DNA of 52,669 nucleotides from Caecitellus pseudoparvulus (taxonomy: Eukaryota; Protista; Bigyra: Bicosoecida): contig CBFFRQ010000197.1 in the NCBI GenBank assembly GCA_965644315.1, forward strand, positions 1 to 52,669, written 5' to 3'. Numbering within the stretch: position 1 is the stretch's first letter; each line of letters begins with the position of its first letter. Shown piece by piece: positions 28,851 through 40,800 of this stretch. A model generated the notes under the pieces. The model worked only from the letters and a program-made list of their open reading frames with translations, ran no database searches and had not been told where the DNA came from. Both the position numbers and the translations under genes were made by a program.

Positions 28851-31800
28851 TGCCTTGGACGAACGTGGATGCTTTGCAGCACCACGCCAGACAGGTCACT
28901 GCCAGGCGCCTTGGTTCCAGCAGAGGTGCACAATTCCACGACGAACTTGTCACGGGAAGATGCTGGAACGTGCACCAAGTCGAAAATTGCCCCCACGTCC
29001 ACTGGCACACGGATGTCGAGCTCGAACTCTGTTTGCGCCTCGAGCTCCCGCCCAGCTGGGCCGTCGCCAGGCAGGCCGAGCAGCAGCAGGGGAACTGTTT
29101 GCATGCATGCATCCGTGCTCACCACACCCACACTGAAGCGACTCTCGCTTGGCGAGCGCAGTGCTGTCTGGAATGCAGCAAAGTTGGCTTCGTTCAGGGC
29201 AACCGGAGTCGGAATATCAGCCCATTTGAGCATGAAGCAGTGCTCACTCGGAGCGCTGCGCTGCTTGAGTCCCTTCAGTGCCACAGCTTGGAACTCTGGG
29301 ATGGACTTCAGCATGCTATCTGTCAGCCTGATTATCCTGCTCCTTTGTGAACTGCGCGCGAAGCAGGAGTCCGAGCTTGGGTCACTCGCACCAAGCAAAG
29401 TCAGGGAAAGTTTGATGCTTCTGCTTTCCTGGCCAGCACTGCTTGGCGCGTGCTGCTCAACCAGGTCGTCTACGCCGTTTGTGAACTGGATCACATTGAA
29501 GTCTGACAAAACATCACGCAGGTCGCCATCCAAAGCCTCGCGGACACGCGAAGCGAGGTGCATGCTTTCGTCGTCCAGCGTGCCAGAGGCCAATGCAGAG
29601 GCCTTCAGGTGCGCCAAAGCATTGACCACATCTTGCTCACATTCAAGCGGCATTTCACCGGGAGGCTGACCGATTCGACGCATCGGCTGTTCCTTCTTGG
29701 CCGCTGTCCCAGCCTGTGGGTGTCCACCGAGAAAATGTGAGCTTCCTCGCCCCCCAGTGCGCATTGGTCGAGGCATGGCCTGCCCTCTGCGTGACTGCGC
29801 TTGGGGCATTGCTTGGCCTCCAGTTGGCTCCAAGCGCGCAGCTTCCCTTTCTTGCTCCCGCATTTGCTTGTGTGCGTCCAATTTCAGAGCCTCATCTGCT
29901 GCCAAGGCGTGGCCGATGGGCGCGCTGTCCAAGAAGTCTGGTGTGCTTGCGTCTGACGCAAAGAGGAGTTTCGGAGCATATCTGCAGCGCGGGTTCACCC
30001 CAGAACTGTCACTCCGCTTCAAATCTTCCACGCCCTGCAAGATCGTGCGAAGGCGTTGAGAAAGTTGCTGGATGGCGTTGGTGACAGGAACAAATGCGCC
30101 TACAAGCACTCCGTCGGAGGCTGATCCGTCAGCCTGAGTGATGCCCAGCAAAATGTGTGCCATGGAGATCTTTGGCTTCTTTTCTCCGTACAGTGCTGCG
30201 TGAACAAATTGGTTATCGGCCAGCAGCGACTCTGAGGAGCTTTGGGACAGCCACGAGACGGATGCTTCTGCGAGTGCGTCCCTCAGGTGTTTAAGCATGC
30301 TGAGGTCACTCAGAGCAACCTTCGCATCTCCATCGGCTGACATGTCTTCAATGGAGCGCATGCGCTCGTTTACTACTTCCACGATGGCATCTGGAAGAGC
30401 GCAGTGAGATTTTGCCTTTGCTAGGTGCTTCTGAAAGTGTCGCACCAAGGACTTGTAGCTCCCCACTGCCAGTCGCCTGAGTTTGTGTGATGTTTGTGCT
30501 GGGCCTCCATTGAACAACTTCCTTCTTAGGCTGGCAACAAGAATGCCTTCCTCAAGCAGCTTCCTCACGGAATCTGTGGCAGTGCGCACGAGTTCGCGCC
30601 ACTGCTTGTCTGTGAGCGACAGAGCAGTAAGTTTGCTGTCCTTCCACTCAACACCAGCTTCCTCGCAGAGCAGCAGGGCTTCTTCAAGCAGGGACTGCTC
30701 CTCGGACACTTCGGGAGCTTCGGGAACTTCGTGAACTTCCTCTGCTTGATATTCAAGTTGGTCAAGCAATGGCTCAAATTTTAGTTCCATGTTCAATTGA
30801 CCATCAAATTCTGGCTCAGCGGCGCTTGTCGCTGCCTGTTCAACCTCCCGCTTGAACCTGCATGCCTCCTGCAGGTCAGACACATCCAACCGCACTTTCC
30901 CCCGCATGATCAGCGGGAGTAGGAAGCGGGCTAGATTCTCAATGTCCACCCTCACGTGCCCAGCAGCAAAGGGCTGCGAGTCTGTGGAGGCAGCTGTCCG
31001 TGCTGCGAGCCACTTTGCACGCGCCTCCTCACTGCTCAAGCGAAGCTTGTACTTCTCCGGCAAGAACAGATCCAGCGGCGGCTCATCGGCCTTTGGCTTC
31101 GGCACTCGTTGGGCGATGTAGCTGAAGCGCGTCCCACATCCACGCTTCTTCCCGCTCTGCCTCTCGGCTTCAAGACGTGCCGCAGTCTCGGTGGCACTCT
31201 CATGTGAGTGCTGGCCGCATAATCCTGCGTCAGAGTACATCGTCCTTTCCATGAGGCGTTGGCAGTCTGGGTTCGGGCAGATGCTGTACTTTTGCTCATA
31301 CATGAGTTGCTGCGTGCTTCTTCCTTCGTCGAAAGCAGCTTCTCGCTTCTGCTGATCAAGAATGTCGGCCTCCTCCAATGCCTTTGAGTCGTGCCCGGGC
31401 TCCACATCGTTGTACTCCACATCCGCTTCCCAGCGCAGAAAGAAGGGAATGAGTCGGCGAAGCTTGTCCACAAGTGAGAGAGGGGCGCCTTCGCCTTCTG
31501 CCTGATCAACATAGGGATCGACCTCCCCGGTGTGCATGACAAGTTCACGGAACGAGACTGCAGTGCTGGCGACGTGCTTCAGCGCGCGACTGCCGAGTGT
31601 TGCTTCAAGCAAGCACCCTCCTCGATTGATGCCAGTCAAGGCTGTCATCTCTCTCAGCTGCCTTGTTGCATCCAACTCCATCATCGCGTTCTGAGACTTG
31701 ACCAGGCGCTCTCTGAGCATGCGCAGGGGCAAAGCTCTGTCTATTTCACTCTGGGTAAACGAAAAGCTTAATACATCGCTCACCATGAGCTGCTTACAGC

Positions 31801-34800
31801 CGTCTTCGTTGCCGATGGAAATCCTGGGAATGCTCTGTTCGAGCTCAGCCTGGTGGCCACACACAGCTTCGTACATGCCAAATGCTGCTTGAAGCAAGTT
31901 CCAACTTCTCACAAACTCGTCAAGCTTCTTCCTGCCTACATCGACCGTCACTTGATCAAGCCTCTCTCTAGACAGCGCATCCACCATTGGCAACTCCCAA
32001 GCTTCAGCCTCACTGACCTTGCCTGGGAGCTCCTCATTGCACCACTGGTAGAACGACAGCATGACGGGGATGTGGGTGGCGAAGTGCAAAGAGTTGCCGT
32101 GCTGGCCATCTACAAGCTCGTGGAGCACCGCGCCTGCCAGGAGAGACCCAGGCAGCTCCATTCCCTCTTCCGCTTTCACCTTCGCGTCGCCGGCAGCAGC
32201 TTCTAGTCCGAGAATAAGCTGTGTGGTCGGGCTTGTCAGCCAGTGGGCGCAGCGGTGGCTCTTCAAGCCGGCGGCACAGCGACCAAGGGCGGGACGCAGA
32301 GCCAACACTTTGGAGCTGCAAGCCTTAACAAGAGCGACCAACTTGTCGTGAAAGTCATCAGCAGACAAGGGCGTCGAGACGAACTCCGCGCACACAGCCT
32401 TTGCTTCCTCTGAGCTTTCAGCAAAAGAAGCCAAGTGCCAGGCCTCCAAACCCAAGTCCTTCAGAATGTCTTCATGTGCCAGTACCCTGGTCAGGCGGTC
32501 GTATCCCCTCTCTGAGCCTGCTATGTGTGCCATGACCACCGCACCCCATGCAGGACTGGCCCCCTGGAGCCGCTTCATCGCTTCCTTCACAGGCCGTGCA
32601 CGAACACTTTCGTGATCTGGATTCGATCCAAGCTTAGCAGCGAGCAGTTCGCAGAACACCAAGCTTTGTGCAGCAAACCTGGCCTTGTCCAGGTTTGACC
32701 GCGCATCCGCGTGTCTGGAGGACAGTACTTCAGCGGCCGCTGGCTCCAACGGGCATGTGTTTGTGGGTCCGATGCGAAGGACGTGCTCAGAAGTGTGCTT
32801 CGCAAGCATCCACACGAGCAAGTCGTAGGAAGCATGAGTCTCAAGATGCGCAACCTCCCACCCGTACAGCGCTGAAACCTGGCGTGACAGAGCAATACTG
32901 AGAGCAGTCGGCATGAACGTGGCACTGCTTGTCTCGAACGAAACTTGTTCAAGCTGCTCGCTGAAACCAGGGTGAGTGTGCAACTGGCTCAGCAGCTGCA
33001 CCCTTGCCAAACATGGCAGCGCGCTCGGTGCATCTTTGTTCAGCAGCCGCAATAAGCTTACTGGTGCCTCCCTTCCCGACAAGGTCAAGGGGGTGCCTGA
33101 TTCCATGAACAAGACTGCGCGGATGACTGCCTGCTTCGCTGAAACCGAGCCAAAGCCGCCCTCACAGCCAGGGAGGATCCACTGGAAGCAAGCCAGGAAG
33201 GCGGAAGACATCATGCAGCGGAATTCCTCCAAGTAGCCGTCAGGGACGTCTGCAGTGAGTGATGCATACTGCCCCAGCACGTACAGCATGATATCCAGCG
33301 GCAGCTGGCCCCGCAGGCCAGGATCAGTTGCTACAGCCTTGATGCGGGCAGTGAGCAGGCGCAGAATGCCCTCCGGGGCCCGCATCAGCACTTCAGACAT
33401 GCACACCACCTGGGCACACTTGCAAAACAACTGCTCGTCATGGCAAACCCCCTCTGCTGTCCTGCACGGCCCTTGGCGGGCGGTAGCCACACGCCCCAGC
33501 CACTCGCACACCTGCGACTCAGACTCGGGGCCGTCTAGCAAGCCCTCGACTGCTGCTTGTGCGGCGTCAAGAATTCTGCCAGCCCCACTTGCAGCACCAG
33601 AACCAGGAACAACGGGAGCAGCGCCCAGTAATCTGGAGCTGTACACCGAGGCGATAGCCTCAGAGACAAACCGAGTCAAGGCTCTGTGTCGAAGGAAGAA
33701 CGTCAGTGGAACTGACCCAGGGAAGATGCGCTGGGTGGCCAATGCCCTGACTCTCTTGAGCAGCCCATTGCCCAAGAAGTCGAACTCGCGGGGCATCATC
33801 GGCACCACGGCTTGGGCGAAGCCCTGCAGATGCCGCCCCTCACTCACGAAATCCACATCGTCAACTTCCACAACGTTGCAGTACAGCTTCAAGAAATCGC
33901 GGGACAGAAGAAGCATGAGCTCGTCCCGCTCTTGCAGGAGCTCAAAACAAGACTGCATGTGCTCGAACCCAAGCTGCACATCACCGTCAGCTGCGAGCAA
34001 GGATCTTGCCAGTGCGAACTGTTCCTCCAACCCCTCAACACGCTGCTTGCAGGCGTCAGACACAAGCTTCAAACTGCGGAGGACAGTGAAGCCGAAAGGA
34101 AGCTCAGCAGCAGCTGGAACAACTGGTGAGGGCACTTTCTCAAGGCCTTGCTTGCGGGACACGCTGGTCAAGGACACGTGCCTCCCGACTTCGATGTTCA
34201 GGACGCTCTTCACCGCTTCAGCTGCGAACTCGAGCAGCAAGGGCGATGATCCTTCAGTGCGCAGCTTGCACAAAGCCTCGAAGCCGAAGTCTCTCGCCGA
34301 CCGAGCCAGGAACGCCTGCACCATGCCAAAGCTCAAGTCCTGCAACCGTCTTCGAAGGTGCACGACCATGCTCTCCGTCACTGCCGAGCTCGACACACCC
34401 TCAGCGGCGTCGCTTGTGAGTGTTCCCACAAGTCCCTTCCACACCAGCGCAAACATGTCCATGAGGGCATCCAGCAGCACCCCGTGAGCCACAGACCTCT
34501 TCATGACTTGCTGGCTTTTTGCTCGCTTTGGAGGATGGCCTTGATAAATCGCAACAGACAGCACCACTCCTCGCTTGGCCAGGGTCTCTGCCTTCATCCC
34601 CATCACAGATGCATCCAGGTTGGAGCACGCTTCTTCCACCCCACTCTCCACAGAGGGGCGCAGTCTAGACTTGAACCACGAAATGTCCTTCGACAGCTCT
34701 CGCTGGGCTGCTGCAAGCAGCCACTGCTTGGCTTCTGCATCCGCGCTTGCCTGGGCTGCCGCGTCACTCTCGCTTACCTCATCCACAGCATCCGCCACAA

Positions 34801-37800
34801 TGTGCTGCCAATCCAATCCAGTTGGGACGTACGGGAACCGCTCCACCAAGTTGCGGTCATCCGAGCCAGTGTGCAGCACGAGCACAGCACGGGGCTGCAA
34901 GACCCTGAGGCGTTCGTGAAGCGAGCCCCACTTCCTCGACAGAATGCGTTTCATGAGCGCCACTTGCGGGTGGCTGCCCTTGTGCACGTGCTCATTGATG
35001 GTGAAAATCAGCGTCGGAAGCACTGCATCTGGCGAGCGGTCCGCAGTGGCAACTCGCGAGCACACCTCCAGGAACTCGTCCACCAGGTGCTCAGCCGTTG
35101 CGGCCGAGGGGCAGTCGGAAAGAGCAGCCACAAACGCACATGGCTGCCCAGATCCAAGATCCGAAATCTCCTTCCACTTCACTTCGCGGTGTCCCTTGGT
35201 CACGTGTACAACTGGGCAGCCAAGCATGATGCTGGCTCTCTCCTCATCTTGCTGCAGCTGCAACACACCAGTGGACGACCTGCAGGTCAACAGACTCAAA
35301 GGCCGAGCATTGCTTCCCCGCCCAGAAGCGGCGATGGCGTTTCGCAGGAACTGCGCCCCGCTGAAGTGCTCCTGCTCCTTCATGTACACATCGATGTACG
35401 CGCTTGGAAGTCGCTTCAACACACCACTTTGCATCACAAAGTCGGGTCGCAGGATGCTCAGCAGCTCCATGTTGCACCGCTCAACGAGCTCAAGCGCCAA
35501 AGCATCATCCGTCATGCCTGGCGATGTGCCACCCGACTTGGCCGCCTTGCTCAAAACTTGCAGGATCAACGCGGGGATCGTCTCACTGGAGTCAAAGCCA
35601 GTCAATGCAGCTTCTGGTTGGCTGCTACAAACAAACGCTACAAAGTCTCGGACACCGTGCAAGACGTTCTGGAGCAGGCGGCTTTGCGCTGCGACCTCGC
35701 CCTGAAGGAACTCAAAGCTCTCCAGGTACCTGTGCGCAGAAGCCTTGAGAATCTGAGCAGCACTCAGGGAGAACTTAGAGAAACGATTCAAGAGTGGGGA
35801 AGGTAGCTCTGGCAGCTTCCAGAAGGGCACATGCACGACGAGTCTGAAGTCCTGATGCACTGCAACCGCCAGCGACAAGGCTCCGATCGTGATGTTGGCG
35901 TAGTACGCATGCCCGCTGCCAGTGCTGATAATGTGGTAGCGGTAATTCAACAAGTCGTACATGGCTGTGAAGATGACTTGGTTGCAGTTCACCAGCAGCA
36001 GTGTCTTGCCGCCTTCAGCTGCAGCCTTGACTTGACGCAACACTTCAGCGGTGCGCAGCTGCTCTGCATCCACCCCAAGGTCAGCCACGTTGACCTCAAT
36101 GGTGAGGTCTTGCTGTAAAATTCCGCGCTGGAAGAGCCAGTGCACGCCTGCCTCAGTGTCAGATCGGTCGACGATCATGGTGTGGCGGTGCGGCGACTCG
36201 GACGGGTCGTCAGCAAAGACTGCTCGGATGTTGCTCTCCATGGCGCGCAAAATGTCCGGCTTCAGCTCTGGGGCACTGATCTGGCGTTTCATGTCCACCA
36301 CCTCTTCGCGCGACATGACCACTTCGAAGCCGCACCCAGGTGTAGCTGCCACCCCCCCAACATCTGAAGAAGATGCCACTCTGCCGTCCATGAAGGTCCG
36401 CGCGATGGCCTCAAACTCACTCATAGCGTCGGGGCTGCTCTCAACAACTTGCATGCAGCGCTGCAACGCGAGGAGCAGAACCTTGGGCGTCAGCGTGTCC
36501 AGCGGCTTCTGGCCCAGCTCGTACCTCAGGAAGCGGCAGAAGTACACGAAGTCGCGAAGGTGCAGCCAATTGAAGCACCAGTCCGCATCTTGCACGAGTT
36601 GGAACGCATCCGCTATCCCACAGACAAGGTCGATCCTTCGCTTGAGACGCTCTTCCAGCGGCTCATCGGCCTTGACGATGACTCGGCTCACAGATGGGCG
36701 ATTCCTCGGCAGCAACAGCAACGCAGAACACAGCAGCCGTATGTCGTGGGAAGAAGCCGCAGTTTGTTGCACGTGCATGCACCGGTTGGTCTTGGCAGCG
36801 TCGAGAATGCTGTTCGACATCAAGATGGTCGGAACCCCGCTGGGATCGTCCCACGTGTCATGAGCAGCCTTCAGCGCATGCTGCTTCTCATTGGGAAGCC
36901 CAGCCTCGTCCATGACAACAACAAGTCGAGTGTGCGCACTTCCGGAACGAGTATGTCCTGCATGCTGCTCGTATGCCGTGGAGTACAGAGCCTCGATCTC
37001 CTCCGCTGACGTTGCCTGCGAGCACTGGTAGTTCAAAACCTTCATCCGTTTCAGCTGGCGAAAGAGAGGCGAGCCAGACTCCCGACCTTGGGAGTTTTCA
37101 CTACACATGCCCACAGCAAGGGTCTTCCCACAACCTGGCGGGCCGGTGATCAACAAAGACATGGCTGGCTCGACATTCACGCACAATACTGCGCTGAAGA
37201 AGTTCTCAAGCAATGGGACGGTCTCCGCCAAGCCGAGGGGCCGGAAGGAGATCTTGCTGAACAAGTGCCTCGTTGCAGCACTCACGGTGGAAGCAACGTC
37301 TTCACAGACAATTCCGACTCCCTGGCAGTGCTCATGCAGGGCTTCACTGAAGTCTGAGCGGAGGTCTAGGAGATCAGAGCCGTCGTAGCCCTTGTGGCCT
37401 TCACCTGGCAGGCGCATCCAGTACACACAGCCGATGGCGACAAGTGCGACCTGCACCACGTGTGCAAACAGCAACTCGGTGCTTGTGACGTGAATGCCAG
37501 GTGGAAGAAAGGGGTTTGCGACACGGGTCTTGTCCAGCAACGAAGATCCTCGCAAAGTTGGGTGCACTTTCAGCTGCAAAAGCCACTTGAACAGGTTGGT
37601 CGCCCGGACAAGGTCTCGGAAGGAAAGGTGCATGCGGTTCAAGTCATACGAGCGCACTTTCTCCTGTGCGAAGGAAAGCATGCTTCCAAACGCATCCAGC
37701 CCTTGCTGGAATGCGGCCATGACGCCAGCTTCCTCCTGCATGAGAGCTGCTCCAGTCCCGACTCGAAGCTGGGCGACAACGTTGGGGAGCCTGCCAGAAG

Positions 37801-40800
37801 ATGCCTGCTGCATGATGCGTTCTTTGATGCCGGCGATGAAAGCCTCTTCAACACCAGTGGTCAGCTTTGGAGAATTCACAAGGAGTCGCTCAAGAGGACT
37901 GGGTAAGTGCTTCACCACAAAACTTGTTGTGGCAAGGTGCTCATGCTCTGACGCACCTGCGCCAGCATGAGCTGCCCCTGTCGGCAGGCGCGACGGAACG
38001 TGAGTTTGATCCACTGAGCTCTTCGACTCCCCAGCCCGGAACCCGTGAGGATTGATGGCGCCGGCCAAGAAAAGGGCATCTGGCAAAGGCTCCCCATCCA
38101 TGGTGTGGTTTGAGAAAGCCTCAGCGATCATGTGCAGCGCGCCGGCGGTGTTCAGCTCGTCGATGAACAGCACGTATACGAAGTCATCGCCATCACTGGC
38201 TAGCTCAGTGAGAGCTTGCACGTTGGCCTTGGCGTTGTTGACAATCGCCCTCCAAACGTCAGGAGTCACACCGTCGTGCATCAGGTGGCGCTCGAATTGT
38301 GGTGGTGGCCGAGCTGTCAGGGCTGCCTGGACGAGTCGCACAGCATCTGAAAGCATCGTGGCCGTGACCGACAGTTTCGGGGCTGCAACCCTTGACCCAC
38401 GACGTGGTGCTTCCTGGCCAGAACGCGCATTCTCGAGCTCCTGCGTCTTCTCATGCAGTTTTTTCAGCAGTCCATCCCTGAAGTTCATTCCAGGGAGCAG
38501 GCCTGCCCTCTTGATATCTTTCACAGACGCCATGGCAATGGGTGCTGGGGCTTTGCTCTTCATGTAATGCTCCACAGCACCTGTCGCAAGTGTAGCCACT
38601 TCCGGCGGGATGAGCTTGGACAGGGCAGGGGAGTGCTCCAGCACGACAGCAAGCACAAAGAGAAGCATGTACACGAATGAGCTCTGCTCTTCGCCCTCAG
38701 ACGCCTCCACCACAGCTTGGATTGCGCCAGAAAGATCCCCTGCAGAAGACGACGTTTGCAAGTTGAAGGTGAACGCAGATTCTGCAAGAACGGGGACTGC
38801 CCAGTGTGGTACTCTTTGAGCGGCCGCGGCACCAGAGTCTTCGCTTCCTGCAACAAACGCCCGAGCCTCCTCAACATTGCGGAGTCGACCAATGGCTGCC
38901 AACCGCTGGGTCACATGCTCCACTGTAGCGTCCAGTTCATCTTCTGGAGCTGCCTTCACAGCTGCAGACGTCGCGTGCACCAAGTACCTGCGCATTGCAA
39001 GAGCAATGATGGGCAGAACGTTCAGCTTCTGCATGAATGTCGCATTGCGAACTGTGCTGTACGCCTGCATCAAGAAGTCTTTGCCCACCCCGGTGTCACC
39101 TGACATCAGGACAGGCTGCCGCGAAAGACAGCGCTGGTGCACGTTAAGCATGTTCATGAGCACAAACGGCGTGAGGATGAAACCACGAGATTCCAGAGCA
39201 GGCTGCAGGAGACTCGTGTTCAGCATGCCCAAAGTGGGCGCAATGGCCATTCGCATGTGGGCCAGCTTGACTTCATCCATGGCGCGATCTTCGCACACTG
39301 ACAGCACGAATGGATGCGACGAGTCAATGCCGAACACTGTCGCAGGGGGTTCTTGTCGGTCTCGGCTGGATACCATGATGCTCCAATCAAGCACCTTGTT
39401 CTCACGATCGGTTAAGGCTTTCACACCTGTGTCCATCACGGAACTGAACAAGCTGCTGTACCTCACATTCTCACTGGAATCTGTGGCGACTCGGCAGCTC
39501 TCGGACAGGATGACGTTCAGCACTGGTCGCCAGAAATCGTCGATGCACAAGGCAAAAATCTTCCCTTGCATCGCTTCTGTGCCTTTGGATTCATCGCCGT
39601 ACGCAAGTGAGTTGAATGCTTTCAAGTGCTTCTTCTGGAGAGAGAACAGTTCCGGAGTGGGGGTTATGTTTACAATGCTTGGAGCAGTGCCTGCGGGTAC
39701 GAACCCCCGACCTCGTCGCTTCATCTGCTGATCTTCAGGGGGTGGAATCCGAGCCGCGTTGTGCTCGCCCGCCTCCAGGAGTTTTCGCCACAGTCGAGAC
39801 AGAACCTTGACAAAGGCTGCAAGGTGGCCAACGGTGGGTGTGCCGGTGCGCCAGCCGCCGCCCGCTGATGGCTGAGACTGCAGCGCTCGTAGCACGTCCA
39901 GGCTTGTCAGCCCTTGGTGCAGGATGTGCCGACATGCATCGTCCGTTAATTCTGGAAGCTTGGAACGGACCAGTCGGCCCATCTCGCGGATGTCTTTCAC
40001 GGACTCTTGAAACGCTTGGTGGACAGGGTCTGTTGCCCCGCCAAGAGCAGACGCGAGCCCGATCGCCAAGCATGCATCTCTCCATGTCTCGTCGATGACG
40101 ATGTGCTGCAGCCCTGAGTGAGTAGCAGTCCACGTGGCTGGCAGTAGGGACAGACTGGGGAGCTTTGGTAAGAAGGGGTGGTCTCGGGGCTCGGTAGTAC
40201 CGGCTACGGGTGGCCACGCTGGCTGTTTTCCGTGCTTCACGATGGCAGGCAGCTCCACCACCACATGGAGCTTGAAACCGGGGCGGAATCCAGAGACCGT
40301 GCCATGCGCTGAATCCCCCAGACAGTTGCACAAGGCGAGGTGTGCAAGAATATTGTCGAGCAGAGCCAAGTCAGCCCCTTCTGTGAGCGACAAGTGCAGC
40401 CCCCAAACTTTCAGGGAGCTGTCTCCGCACAGCGCAGTCGTGTACGCTTCAATCAGCGTATCTGCAGTGAAGCCCTCATGAACGTGAAAGCTGCTCACGT
40501 TTGAGCCTGCTACTTTGCTCAGCTTCTGAAGAGCTTCGGAGGTTTTGCCACACCCCGGGCCGCCTGTGATGACCTCAAGTCCGGCAAGGTGTCGCATGCT
40601 CTTGCCAATGTCTGCAGTCAAGGACTGGATCTCAGCCTCAGAAGGCTCCGGGCACAGAGGTAGCTCTGGAAGTTCAGTGAACATACCCACACCTGCAGGA
40701 GAAGTAAAGATGAGGTGCACATGCACACGCAGAGGTTGCCCGGCCACAGCAGCAGCGAGTTGCTCCAGCACAGTGGTCGGCAAGGTGTTGGGGGCAAGCA

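Noticed and set aside
19526-39731. Numerous 200-480 aa + strand ORFs opposite the large - strand genes
   Set aside because: Antisense shadow ORFs expected from GC-rich codon bias.
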